DNA of 64,000 bases from Pseudobdellovibrionaceae bacterium (GCA_020635235.1 JACKAF010000001.1:178380-242379), one strand, 5' to 3'; counted from the first letter of the stretch, positions 29,423 to 39,059 are shown. Numbers and translations are program-made. The notes: a model not told the origin generated them from the letters alone.

Positions 29423-32400
29423 TTACTTGCTGATACGTACGTACGCGTTGTTACAGGAGTTTGCGTCAAATAACGAACTCCCCTTCGTCATGTCGGTCAT
29501 GATGCGGGGCATGAGTTCTACAACGATATCAGAATGGATCTGACCTTCCTGGATGACCCCCTTTACAACGTCTTCCAGATCCCCCGGCTGCAGGTACTTG
29601 AAAAAGTCACCGAGCGCGATGACCCCTTTCTGCACGCGGATCAGGTAATCTGATGCCCCACCTTTTTCTGTTTTTTCCTGAATGAGTTTAAACAGGTAGT
29701 CCCCAAAGGCGTGATCCCCGGTACCGAGTTCGGATTTGAAGCTTTTTACCCCCTCATAGAGGACATCCGCGAGTACTTTTCTATCTTCTGTCGTTGGCAG
29801 CTGATCGTCGGTTGCCATTGCACCGAAATCAAACAAGTAGATCTTGTTTCCGTCTATTTTGAGCTGCGCACCGTGGCGATCGTGATCGAATTTCTCGCCT
29901 CTCAGTATCCGTGAAATCTCAAGCGCCACATAAGCGCGCGCGATGTCGCGCTTGCGTGCTTTTTGCTTGGCGGTTCTTTCGGGGAGATCGTTAAAATGCA
30001 CGCCTTTAGCCTGCTCCATCACGCGGTAACCCTCTCCGCTCTCCAGTGTGCGGGCCACGTGTATCTCGAAGGGTTTGCCATCGCCCACTTTAATCGTGGC
30101 GCCGTGATAAAGGCGCTCAGCGTCCTCGGCTTGCTTTTTCCCGATTTGCCAATCGGTTTCAATATCAGCCATCCGTTCGGCTTGCTCGATCATGGAAACA
30201 AGGACCTTAAAGGCGGAGTTCTTTTCGGCCTGCTTTTGCGCCATCTTCTTCATGACTTCAAAACCAGTCTTGGCGCGCTTCTTCGCATGCGGACGAAGGA
30301 GAGAAATCACGCGGCTTTCTAGTACGACGCCGCCATTGGGCCGCACGGTCTCTAGTTCTACTTCGTAGGTGACATAGTAGGACGCAGCGCCAAGTATCCG
30401 TTTGACGCGTTTAATGCGCTTTTTGAGAGAAGCGGGAATGACATCTCCATGCAGCTTAAAGAGATCCCAACGCGTTAGCACGTCCGCTTCGCTCTTGAGG
30501 CGGCCCATCCCATCACGGATTTCATGTGGGGTGTGCGGACTACTGTGCAGGACTTGTCCCAACTTTGTTTCGGCGGGTCCCATGCGTTCTAGAATAAGCG
30601 CCAGACGTTCTCCAATGGTGGTCTTAAAGCGAGACTGCTCCGTATTTTGCGCCGCCGCCATAAGCGCTGCGATCACAAGGCTGCGTTGGTACTTGGGGAT
30701 CTCCTCGATGTAGAGTCGCACCAGATCGTGCGCCTCTTTTGAGTACTTTTCACCCGTTGGGAAAACCTTGTTTAGGATTCTCTCGGCAGCCTTTTCAAAT
30801 TCACCGTCACTTCGCCTGTCTCCGGGAAGAATAAGTTCATCAATGATCCCGACCCGAAGCTCCATGTCGGACGCCCAGAAGTTTTGGTGAATCTCGCGGG
30901 CCAGACGCTGGTAACCCTCATCGGTTGAAATGGCTTGACCATCGGTGAGGAGCTGTTGCTCAAGACTTAGGGCGTGGCCAAAATCCGAAAGAGAACGCGC
31001 GGTCATCGGGCGCGTGAGAAAATCGACTAGTTCGTCGCGAAATTGATGGTTGGCTCGCACCAAGCGCAGGGAGAGGTTAAGCCCCATCATTTTTAGGTCG
31101 GTCTCGACACCTTGCCCCCTTCGCGCTTCTCCTAGCTTCAAACTGAGATCTTCTTGCGATTCCACTTCGTTGGCGAGGTGGTTGAATAGTTCGTGCCGGT
31201 CTTGGGCATAGAGGTGTGTCCCGGCGCGATCAGCTTCTGCGAGGATAGTTTCGGTGTAGATAGAATCGCCTGCATCCTTACCGAATCGCTCACGCGCGGA
31301 TTGCGCCCAGAGTTTAAGCATGCGGGTTCGCAGTTTTGGGTCTTGTACTCGTGGGCCTCTAAAGATGCGCTCAATGGCGCCTTGGCGAAGCGCTGGCGAG
31401 CTGTATTCGGAAAGCCGATCCAGAATGTCTTTGATAAGTTTGTAGCGCAGCACCCCGTCCTCCGGGAAAAGCCTCGCCTTGTCAAAGAGGGTAAACTCGT
31501 TGAGTAGTGGCCGTGCGCTTTTTGGCCAGTCTTTGCGGTTTTTTACGTAGTTCGAAAACCTTTTTTCTAAGCTTGTGGTTTTCTCTCGCCATTCGCTATG
31601 CAGATATGGAAGCACGCGTTTTGGATCCAGGTTTTCTTTGGGGTGGTTGACCTGAAAGACTTCTGCTTCCATCGCCGCCAGCCCGGCGAGGAAGTTTCCG
31701 GGACGGGATCCCAGACTTTCCAGTAGCTTGTAGAGCTCCTCGGCCGTTTGTGGTTGCTCGTAACCCAACTGCCTCCTAACGGTCGTGAGATAGAGATTGG
31801 CTGTATCTTGCCGGACATCGGGCATACCGCTAGGGGCGAGCGGCGGCACGAGGGCTGAGGTAAATCCAAGCACATGGACTTTGTCCTGACGCGAGGGAAA
31901 TAGGCCGTGAGGGTCTTCGAGCGCAAAGCTTACTAGCGGGTGGGCAAGCGGCAGACCGTCAAAACCGTGCTCGCCATAAGAGGCCCCCGCTCTGCCCGCG
32001 ATATCGGGGAAGGCGCCTTTCATATAAAACTCGCGGACGATGGGTTTCCATTTGTCCGGATCTTCTCGGATGAGTTCGGAGAGCTTTTTTATGAGTTGCC
32101 CGGCGGGCGCACCCGAGCGTGCCGGGATATCAGACAGGATCGGCATATTGACCCGCATAAAAAGATCAAAATCTTTATCTATGGATTCGAGTCCGATGAG
32201 GCCGTCTGATTTTCCCATTGAGGAAGCGCTCGCAGTAGCTAAAATGTCGTGGGCTTCCGTATCGCCGTGAATCGCTCGCTGAAAGAGTTCCGGTACATAC
32301 TCTCCGAAGAGTTCGCGGCGTAACTCTTCAGCTTTTCCCGAGCCCGGCTTTCGCAGCCCGACCGCTTCACCGTCGGCGCCAATAACCAAACGATCCATGG

Positions 32401-33919
32401 TGCGATCGTCCCGACGAGGGCCTTCGTTCACCGATTTGCAGCGTCCCAGCATACAGAGCGCTTTGTCGTTAAGATCCATCAGCTGATAGACGCGCGGCTC
32501 TTTCACTCCGAGATGATAGAGCGCCAAGCTTAGGTGTTTGGAATCGTCCCCCACGCCCTGCGACCAAACGATGGCCCGTTCCCATTCCACGGTTTCGCCC
32601 TTTCGGGGAAAACGAAAGGTTGGGATGTAAAGATCCTGTAGAAAGGCGGCATCAATCTTTCCGTCTTTGATGGCCTTATTCAGGCCGATGGCGGCTTCCA
32701 CTGCGGCTTTTCTGTAAGAGTCTGCGGTGCGGGTATCCCCTTCGTCCGAGGCTTCGGTGGCTTTTCTCACTGCCTCCACAAAATCATAAGCATAGACGAA
32801 GATTGGCTCTGCATCTCCCAGAGCGGTGTCGGATTTGTGGTAGCGCTGCGCGAGAGCGGTGTAGAGTCTTTGGCGTGGGCCCGTGAGTCCAAGTTTTTCA
32901 TCTGGGTCACGTGTTGGCAGATGCAAGATGAGATTTGCGGCCTTGCTGAGTTCCACCCAACGCGGATCATCGTCCATTTCGATGCTTTCCAGGGAGGGGA
33001 TCGTTCCAATCGCTGCGCTAAGGTCCTCGGTGCGCGCATCGTGACCGGAAAGAATGTGGGGCATCTGCGCCTGGACAAATTTCAGTTTCTCTACAGCGTC
33101 CAGAGTGGAGAACTTGGCCTTTTCCATTTCCTTATCTAAAAAAGATACGTGCTTGCTACTGCCGGCCGCGGCAATCTTGGGATCCACAGGAGTGCTGGCA
33201 ATCTTTTCCCCGGCGTCCGTTTCCTCAAGCTTTCCTTTTTTGAAACGTAAATGCCCTAACCCTTTCTCCACCATCGAGCGGCGCGTGGGGAGGTCCCACG
33301 CAAATATTGAGCGATCTCCAAATCCGAACTTCGATCGGGGTTCATTTTCAAGAGCGTCCTGTACGCTTAGCGCGGCCGTAGCGTCGAAATGGCGTTCATG
33401 GAGGACTTCCAAAGCGCGCGTGACCCCGAGAGCGTCATCTGCCATACCGGTTCGGGCTTGTGGCTCGGAATCGATCTGGTTCGAAATGACTTCGGTCGCG
33501 AGCAAGTAGGCGAGCTCATCTTGTGTCTTTACCGTCCGCACGGTTTGCGTGGTGAAGCCAATGAAGTTGTGTCCGTCGGTAACGAAGCTTTTGTGCCCGA
33601 GACGATCGCTATCCATCAGGAAAAAATGAACGGGGTGCTTTTTTAGGTCGTGATTGGGAAAGAGCCGCTTAAAGAGCTCTTGCATTTCGATGTCGAAGTC
33701 GCGCGCCACGGGGGATTGGAGATCCACCACACGGTGATTTTCCTGAAGGCGTTGAGACATCTCGCCACGCGCAAGCGCTTTGTCTTCATCGTCCGTAGGA
33801 TCTGCGTGCAGGGCAAAACTGAAGGCAAAAAACAGAAAAAATAGAATTTTAGCTAGGGACTTGATCCCGGCCTCCTCGTGCGTAATCCGTCGCTTGTTGT
33901 TATGCAAGGAGACGGCCAA
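29423..33919 (-). CDS. giant signal-anchored protein: degenerate M48-like peptidase segment plus C-terminal ABC1/UbiB-type atypical kinase domain
   Basis: 1498 aa. Hydrophobic N-terminal segment ILFFLFFAFSFALHA. N-terminal region FFLMDSDRLGHKSFVTDGHNFIGFTTQ...DELAYLLATEVIS resembles the M48 core, but HExxH is replaced by TEVIS. C-terminal LERMGPAETKLGQVLHSSPHTPHEIRDGM ... FDHDRHGAQLKIDG ... LFDFGAM match ABC1 kinase motifs. Confidence 0.65.
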   Translation of the reverse strand: MAVSLHNNKRRITHEEAGIKSLAKILFFLFFAFSFALHADPTDDEDKALARGEMSQRLQENHRVVDLQSPVARDFDIEMQELFKRLFPNHDLKKHPVHFFLMDSDRLGHKSFVTDGHNFIGFTTQTVRTVKTQDELAYLLATEVISNQIDSEPQARTGMADDALGVTRALEVLHERHFDATAALSVQDALENEPRSKFGFGDRSIFAWDLPTRRSMVEKGLGHLRFKKGKLEETDAGEKIASTPVDPKIAAAGSSKHVSFLDKEMEKAKFSTLDAVEKLKFVQAQMPHILSGHDARTEDLSAAIGTIPSLESIEMDDDPRWVELSKAANLILHLPTRDPDEKLGLTGPRQRLYTALAQRYHKSDTALGDAEPIFVYAYDFVEAVRKATEASDEGDTRTADSYRKAAVEAAIGLNKAIKDGKIDAAFLQDLYIPTFRFPRKGETVEWERAIVWSQGVGDDSKHLSLALYHLGVKEPRVYQLMDLNDKALCMLGRCKSVNEGPRRDDRTMDRLVIGADGEAVGLRKPGSGKAEELRRELFGEYVPELFQRAIHGDTEAHDILATASASSMGKSDGLIGLESIDKDFDLFMRVNMPILSDIPARSGAPAGQLIKKLSELIREDPDKWKPIVREFYMKGAFPDIAGRAGASYGEHGFDGLPLAHPLVSFALEDPHGLFPSRQDKVHVLGFTSALVPPLAPSGMPDVRQDTANLYLTTVRRQLGYEQPQTAEELYKLLESLGSRPGNFLAGLAAMEAEVFQVNHPKENLDPKRVLPYLHSEWREKTTSLEKRFSNYVKNRKDWPKSARPLLNEFTLFDKARLFPEDGVLRYKLIKDILDRLSEYSSPALRQGAIERIFRGPRVQDPKLRTRMLKLWAQSARERFGKDAGDSIYTETILAEADRAGTHLYAQDRHELFNHLANEVESQEDLSLKLGEARRGQGVETDLKMMGLNLSLRLVRANHQFRDELVDFLTRPMTARSLSDFGHALSLEQQLLTDGQAISTDEGYQRLAREIHQNFWASDMELRVGIIDELILPGDRRSDGEFEKAAERILNKVFPTGEKYSKEAHDLVRLYIEEIPKYQRSLVIAALMAAAQNTEQSRFKTTIGERLALILERMGPAETKLGQVLHSSPHTPHEIRDGMGRLKSEADVLTRWDLFKLHGDVIPASLKKRIKRVKRILGAASYYVTYEVELETVRPNGGVVLESRVISLLRPHAKKRAKTGFEVMKKMAQKQAEKNSAFKVLVSMIEQAERMADIETDWQIGKKQAEDAERLYHGATIKVGDGKPFEIHVARTLESGEGYRVMEQAKGVHFNDLPERTAKQKARKRDIARAYVALEISRILRGEKFDHDRHGAQLKIDGNKIYLFDFGAMATDDQLPTTEDRKVLADVLYEGVKSFKSELGTGDHAFGDYLFKLIQEKTEKGGASDYLIRVQKGVIALGDFFKYLQPGDLEDVVKGVIQEGQIHSDIVVELMPRIMTDMTKGSSLFDANSCNNAYVRISK

Positions 33920-34105
33920 TTCTTGTCCGTCATTTCAACTGGTTAGCAGCCTGTAAACTAGCTGAGTTCGTAGTAGATCTAAGCACCAGTCTGGGTCTTG
34001 ATATAAGGTGAAAGCGAGGAGCTGCATTCTAGAAGTGTGCTCCCGAGGAGAGCGAAAGATTCGACCCCGAAGGGAACGAATCACAAAACCGTCAGCCAGT
34101 GAAAC

Positions 34106-34231
34106 TGGCGGAGAGAGAGAGATTCGACCCCGAAGGGAACGAATCACAAAACCGTCAGCCAGTGAAACTGGCGGAGAGAGAGAGATTCGACCCCGAAGGG
34201 AACGAATCACAAAACCGTCAGCCAGTGAAAC
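34106..34231. repeat. two perfect tandem 63-bp repeats, each starting with a copy of the 22-nt 3' end (with CCA) of the adjacent tRNA-Ser; a degenerate third copy lies at 34043-34105
   Basis: Unit is TGGCGGAGAGAGAGAGATTCGA plus CCCCGAAGGGAACGAATCACAAAACCGTCAGCCAGTGAAAC. Copies start at 34106 and 34169. The tRNA itself starts at 34232. The degenerate copy matches 17 of 22 nt. Confidence 0.85.
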
Positions 34232-34319
34232 TGGCGGAGAGAGAGAGATTCGAACTCTCGATAGGTTTCCCTATACACGCGTTCCAGGCGTGCGCCTTCA
34301 ACCACTCGGCCATCTCTCC
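34232..34319 (-). tRNA. tRNA-Ser (anticodon GGA), type II with long variable arm
   Basis: Reverse complement GGAGAGATGGCCGAGTGGTTGAAGGCGCACGCCTGGAACGCGTGTATAGGGAAACCTATCGAGAGTTCGAATCTCTCTCTCTCCGCCA folds as a cloverleaf. 7-bp acceptor stem, anticodon loop CTGGAAC, T-loop TTCGAAT, encoded CCA. Confidence 0.85.
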
Positions 34320-34590
34320 TTAGGCGATTTGGAAACTGACAAGAGTAACGAGATAACACGGTTTCACACACGCGTCTACGCCAGAAAAGTAGCCTAATCT
34401 TAGCTGTTTAGAGCGTTCTGGGCGCAGTTGCCAGGAATGAGGGACCTGCCCCCCAACACGGCTCCCGGACAGAATTCCAGCCCCAACAGGATCCCGTCCA
34501 GCAGGCATACGATCTAGGCGTATTCCGACAGAATTCCTGGCCCCCTCGGGCTCACACCGTGGCCTTAGCTTTGCATTTTCGCTCCTTAGT

Positions 34591-36030
34591 ATGGCTGGGG
34601 GTCACAAACTACTATTCTTTTTTCTTTTGCTTGCGCGCGCCGTAATGGCCGACACTCTTTCACCACCCGCCACCCCCCTTGATTGCCGTGCGGCGCTCCA
34701 AGAAATCGGCCTTACTCCCGATGAAGCCTCCGCGCTCATGAACGAGGCGTCCCCGTCCTCTCTTCGCCACATCATCGAGAACCACTACCGAACTCCGTCG
34801 AGCCTGGAGGACTCTTTGCGTAAGCACGTCGCGGGTGACCGAGCCCTTTCCGATTCCGCGGTAGCCGCCTTGGAGAAAGCCGGCTATCGGGTAATCCGCA
34901 AACTCGGGCAAGGCGCTTTTGGCACCGCACACCTTATTGAAAAAAACGGAAAGCGCTTTGTCGTAAAAGAGGGGCACTCACCAGAGTCCCTGATCCGAGA
35001 GGCTGAGGCCATCTCCGCATTGCCCCAAATTCCACCGCAGTTTTTCTACTTCCCGTCAGTGTGGTACCCAACCGCCACTGAATTTCCGTACCAGCGCGGC
35101 GGCAATAAAGATAACTTGCTCATCGCGGCCCTTTTCGAAAAGTGCCCCGGCTGTCACGAGCCAGCTCCCGCGCTTAGCCAACGTATTAAAGAGCAGTTCT
35201 TGGATCCTCAAGAAAATCCGGTACGGTACCAGCACTTCGTACGGAGCCTACTGGATAGCGTCGCTGTTCTCCATACTTCAGGCCGTATCATCCACCGCGA
35301 TATTAAACCCGAAAACATTCTGGTGGACGACTCGGGAAACGTGGGGGTCATCGACTACGGAATGGCCATCGACGGCGCCGCCTTCGGACCAACCACCCTC
35401 TCGGGCACGCTGAAATACGTCTCGCCAAGTGCGCTAAGGGGAAACCCTCCCTCTCCCCTTGATGATATCCACGCGCTACGGATCACTTTGCGCAGCGTTC
35501 GCCAATCGACCGATCCTAATGCTGCGCCACTCATCAATGTTTCGACTGATTATGGCGTCTTGCCGCTTCACAGCCACGCGGCTGAACTCCCAGGTAAACC
35601 GGACAGAGTTGCAATGCTTGAATGGAGCCGAGTGTTTGACTCCGTTACTGAGTGGCAAGCAGCGTTGGACAAGCGGGCGATTCCGGATCGTGAGTTTGAC
35701 CCTTGGTACGGCCAACGGTTGACGACTCAGGATGATTCAACAATCGCACTCGAAATGCTCAGTTCCCTCTATTCTATCGAACGCTTCCGATCCAACGGTG
35801 GGTACCAGATTGAAAATGAGCGGTTAAAAGAAATAATCGTTGAAGTTATTCGCCTCGATGGCGCTTTAGGGAACCAGCCCGCGCTCCTTCTGGAACGGGG
35901 CTTCCTGACTAGAGACGCACACTTTGAGGAATTCTACGATCAAGTAGAAACACTCTACCAACACGGAGAAATACCCCACTACCTACTACGCATGGCGCGG
36001 GAATCGCGCACCCGCCGCGCAGGCCCCTAG
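34591..36030 (+). CDS. eukaryotic-like Ser/Thr protein kinase with N-terminal signal peptide
   Basis: Signal-like MAGGHKLLFFFLLLARAVMA. Gly-rich loop LGQGAFGTAHL with VVKEG lysine. Catalytic loop HRDIKPENILVD. DYG(MA) variant of DFG. Confidence 0.75.
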   Translation: MAGGHKLLFFFLLLARAVMADTLSPPATPLDCRAALQEIGLTPDEASALMNEASPSSLRHIIENHYRTPSSLEDSLRKHVAGDRALSDSAVAALEKAGYRVIRKLGQGAFGTAHLIEKNGKRFVVKEGHSPESLIREAEAISALPQIPPQFFYFPSVWYPTATEFPYQRGGNKDNLLIAALFEKCPGCHEPAPALSQRIKEQFLDPQENPVRYQHFVRSLLDSVAVLHTSGRIIHRDIKPENILVDDSGNVGVIDYGMAIDGAAFGPTTLSGTLKYVSPSALRGNPPSPLDDIHALRITLRSVRQSTDPNAAPLINVSTDYGVLPLHSHAAELPGKPDRVAMLEWSRVFDSVTEWQAALDKRAIPDREFDPWYGQRLTTQDDSTIALEMLSSLYSIERFRSNGGYQIENERLKEIIVEVIRLDGALGNQPALLLERGFLTRDAHFEEFYDQVETLYQHGEIPHYLLRMARESRTRRAGP

Positions 36031-36051
36031 TGGATCCGAAAGCGGATTCCT

Positions 36052-36873
36052 TCAGCTAGTTAGATTCAACCCTTCGCTCAGCACTTGTATCCCGTGCGCA
36101 AAAAGCGGAATACCCGCCTCAAGCGCCTCCTGCTCGAGCTGCCGCCGACGGGCACGAAGACTTTGGCGAGACGCCTTTTCTACGCCGTTGGCCTTGGCCC
36201 ACTCCTCCAGCACTGCCAGATCGTGGGCCGTACCGAGAAGTTTACCGAGCGCCTCGACGGCCTCAAGCCTCCTGGCGGCAAACTCCATATCCCGAAGCAA
36301 CTTCAAATGAAAGCCGTGGTACTTCACGCGCTTCCGCCACACGTGAAATTTCAGTGCAGAGGGCTTCGCCTCCGCCTCCCGCCCACAGCGCTCCGCGCGC
36401 CGATACGTCTTCAAGAAACCAGGAGCAAACCCAGCGGCCTCTAAAAACTTCCACTTACCGCAACGCGCCTGCCCAAGCAGCAATCTCTGCCGGACCTCTT
36501 TGAGTACCTTTTCAATCTCCAATTCCGTCGCTTGCTCGGCCCTTAACTTCTCCAACCACAAATTTGCCTCTGGCTGAGACTCGCCCCATTTTGCCGCGGT
36601 TAGCTGCAAAATTTCGCCGTCCCGATACCGCGACAACAATCTACCGGTATCGCGGTACCACCTGTTCTCCTTGCGATAGGTTTTTACAGGCAAGCTGGCG
36701 CGAAAAAGTCGCAAACTCGCGCGAATCCTTTTCAAACTTCTCCGAATACTGTGCACTCGTTCAGCGAGTGACTTCCCTTCGGTGGTGTTTACTAGCGACT
36801 CGGTGAGCTCCTCACGGATCACGCGAGCTAGTTCCTGATTGGCGGGCGCATAGAGGTCGATCTTAAAGGCCAT
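36052..36873 (-). CDS. CHAD domain-containing protein
   Basis: Conserved His-containing helices VHSIRRSLKRIRASLRLFR, FHVWRKRVKYHGFHLKLL and LGTAHDLAVL match the CHAD pattern. Confidence 0.65.
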   Translation of the reverse strand: MAFKIDLYAPANQELARVIREELTESLVNTTEGKSLAERVHSIRRSLKRIRASLRLFRASLPVKTYRKENRWYRDTGRLLSRYRDGEILQLTAAKWGESQPEANLWLEKLRAEQATELEIEKVLKEVRQRLLLGQARCGKWKFLEAAGFAPGFLKTYRRAERCGREAEAKPSALKFHVWRKRVKYHGFHLKLLRDMEFAARRLEAVEALGKLLGTAHDLAVLEEWAKANGVEKASRQSLRARRRQLEQEALEAGIPLFAHGIQVLSEGLNLTS

Positions 36874-36911
36874 TCTTACCGTGTAAAACTAACGGTGGCA
36901 TCTGGCAATGC

Positions 36912-37796
36912 CTAAGCGTTTCGGGAGAGCTGCAGGCCTTGGGCCGGAAGCGTCCGAATGTGGATGTCGCGCTGCGGAAAGGAAATCTCAATACCGCTCT
37001 TCCTAAAGGCCGCATCGATGGCGAAACGCAAATCAGACATAATTCGGTCTTTGATCCAAAGTTCCTCTACCCAAACGCGGAGATCAAATTCCAGCGAGGA
37101 GTCGCCAAAGTTTTCAAAAAACACTAGAGGAGGCGGATTATTGAGTACGTGTTCATTGGCCGCGGCCACTCGAAGCAGCTGCTCCTTAACAGCAGCCGTA
37201 TCCGATCCGTAGGCGACACCGACTCGCACGTGCACCCTCACTCGGTCCGCGGAAAAACTCTCGTTTACCACCGTTTCTGATACCAATTGCGAGTTCGGGA
37301 TAATCATCGCCACATCGTCTCGCGACAGTAGAATAGTAGAACGAACACGGATATCGGACACCCTGCCCTCGACATCCCCAACCTGTAGAATGTCCCCCTG
37401 TTTAATGGGCCGCTCAATCAAGATGATAATGCCTGAAATAAAGTTCTGTGTGATATTTTGCAGACCGAAACCGATACCGACCATCAAAATCGCGCCGAGT
37501 GCCGTCAACGATTGCAAGCTGACCCCAACGGTGTCCAAGGAAATCAGTGAGCCTACAACAATCACGAGGTAACGTGAAAAGCGTTCGATAGACCCTTTGA
37601 CCCCCCGGTCCAGATGAAGGTTTCTAAGCCTTCTCTCGACCACCTGGCCGACAAATTTGGCAAATAGTAACGAACCGCCAAAAATGATACCGGCAGTAAT
37701 GAGAGAAAAAAGTGTGATGGTATTGCCGCCGATTTCAAAAAGCGGACGAGAAATCAATTCTAGAAACATTTTTACGTACTCTTTGAAGTTTTCCAC
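36912..37796 (-). CDS. mechanosensitive ion channel, MscS family (second paralog)
   Basis: TM helices followed by GDILQVGDVEGRVSDIRVRSTILLSRDDVAMIIPNSQL, the MscS beta-domain pattern. Confidence 0.8.
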   Translation of the reverse strand: MENFKEYVKMFLELISRPLFEIGGNTITLFSLITAGIIFGGSLLFAKFVGQVVERRLRNLHLDRGVKGSIERFSRYLVIVVGSLISLDTVGVSLQSLTALGAILMVGIGFGLQNITQNFISGIIILIERPIKQGDILQVGDVEGRVSDIRVRSTILLSRDDVAMIIPNSQLVSETVVNESFSADRVRVHVRVGVAYGSDTAAVKEQLLRVAAANEHVLNNPPPLVFFENFGDSSLEFDLRVWVEELWIKDRIMSDLRFAIDAAFRKSGIEISFPQRDIHIRTLPAQGLQLSRNA

Positions 37797-37813
37797 AAGG
37801 CCTCTTTAGACGT

Positions 37814-38479
37814 CTATTTTACACTTTTATTGCGGTTCTCCACAAATCCCCGCGCTGCAGAACCGGCGGCGATTCCGACCAGCATCAAAACCACCAAAGG
37901 TAGGTAGTGAAAAAAGAAGGCGTGCCAAGGGTTGTACATGCAGGCGAGCTGCATCAAGGATGAGGAAATAAGACCCGCGGCCAAGGCCGCGACGGCCCCT
38001 GCCCGTTTCCAGTCTTGGACGAGTCCCCGATAGAGAAAAAAGGCAAGCCAGGGCCAGGCGAGCAAGGCATAAAAGATAACCTCAAATTCGCACCCGCGCC
38101 GTGCCCCTTCCGCTGTTGTGGGCGTATCCGAAGAGAGCCCAAAGTAGAGGGCAGCGAGAAAAGCGCCGAGGGCCGCTCCTGAAAGCAAACGCAACCAACT
38201 GCCTCCGGTTTCACCCGGTACCGCGCTTCGAAAAAGATAAAGGAAACTCAAAAGCGAAAGCGCGAGGCCCGCTACCACCTCGACGCCCAGGTGCGGGTGG
38301 CGAAGCATGTCCTCCCACCACATCGCGCGGAAGGGCTGCACCAGAAACAGCATAAGAATCTGTGCTGCGAGAATTCCGATAAAACCAACAGCCGCCCGCA
38401 CCTTAGAAGGCCAAAGCCTCCCCGTCGGCTTGTAACTCTCCACGAGCTCTGAAATAAAAGTGTCCTTACTCTTCGGCAC
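37814..38479 (-). CDS. polytopic membrane anti-sigma factor, NrsF/DUF1109-like (putative)
   Basis: Immediately downstream of the ECF sigma gene. GTG start with SD GGAGAAAG overlaps the last sigma codons. About 6 TM helices and a size typical of NrsF-type anti-sigma factors. Confidence 0.5.
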   Translation of the reverse strand: MPKSKDTFISELVESYKPTGRLWPSKVRAAVGFIGILAAQILMLFLVQPFRAMWWEDMLRHPHLGVEVVAGLALSLLSFLYLFRSAVPGETGGSWLRLLSGAALGAFLAALYFGLSSDTPTTAEGARRGCEFEVIFYALLAWPWLAFFLYRGLVQDWKRAGAVAALAAGLISSSLMQLACMYNPWHAFFFHYLPLVVLMLVGIAAGSAARGFVENRNKSVK

Positions 38480-39059
38480 TATCTTTCTCCAGAGACTGAC
38501 TAAATAAATCACCCAAACTTTTGTACGCCCGAGAGATACGCTTGCGAAGCGCAGGCTCAGCTACCCCAACTCGCCTGGAGGCCTCGGCATAGCTTAGGCC
38601 CTCGACCTTGGTAAGCTGGATCGCTTCGCGGAGCGATTCGGGCAAGCGTCCGATGGCCTCTTGCAAGTGCGCAAGGGTCTCGCCCTTCTCCATGGAGTTC
38701 GCTCCGCCTTCCGCTTTTGTGACATCGGCCAGGTTATCGGGCAGTGCCTGCTCCTTGCGCCGCGATACACGACGGAAGTGATCCACGATCTTGAAGCGCG
38801 CAATCGCATACAGCCAAGGCTTAATGCTTCTACGAGTGTCGTAAGAAGCTAAAGATCGGTGGACGGCGATCAGAGACTCTTGGGTGACATCGTCCGCGTC
38901 GACCACCCCACGAAGTTTCTTTGAAAACAGATCCTGGAAAAACGGGTAAAGCTCTTGGAGGAGGCTCTCGTACGCCTGCCTGTCTCCCGCCTGACTCTGG
39001 GCCGCCAAACGCTGCCAGCGCTCGAAGATACTGGAATATTTGTCTTTTCCCGATGTCAC
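38466..39059 (-). CDS. ECF-type RNA polymerase sigma-70 family sigma factor
   Basis: Region 2 (DADDVTQESLIAVHRSLASYD...KPWLYAIARFKIVDHFRR) and region 4 (EAIQLTKVEGLSYAEASRRVGVAEPALRKRISRA). GTG start. Confidence 0.8.
   Translation of the reverse strand: MTSGKDKYSSIFERWQRLAAQSQAGDRQAYESLLQELYPFFQDLFSKKLRGVVDADDVTQESLIAVHRSLASYDTRRSIKPWLYAIARFKIVDHFRRVSRRKEQALPDNLADVTKAEGGANSMEKGETLAHLQEAIGRLPESLREAIQLTKVEGLSYAEASRRVGVAEPALRKRISRAYKSLGDLFSQSLEKDSAEE

Noticed and set aside
33935-34210. 91-aa minus-strand ORF with repeated GFVIRSLRGRISLSPPVSLAD
   Set aside because: The same repeat array read on the other strand. No start context, and it overlaps the tRNA region.
34043-34231. Possible CRISPR array
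   Set aside because: The repeats are contiguous 63-bp units with an identical 41-nt filler and no unique spacers. The repeat is a tRNA 3' end fragment. No cas genes are present.
34008-34397. 129-aa ORF encoding three repeats of IRPRRERITKPSASETGGERE
   Set aside because: An artefact of translating the 63-bp tandem repeat array and the antisense strand of tRNA-Ser. The periodic protein reflects DNA repeats, not a gene.
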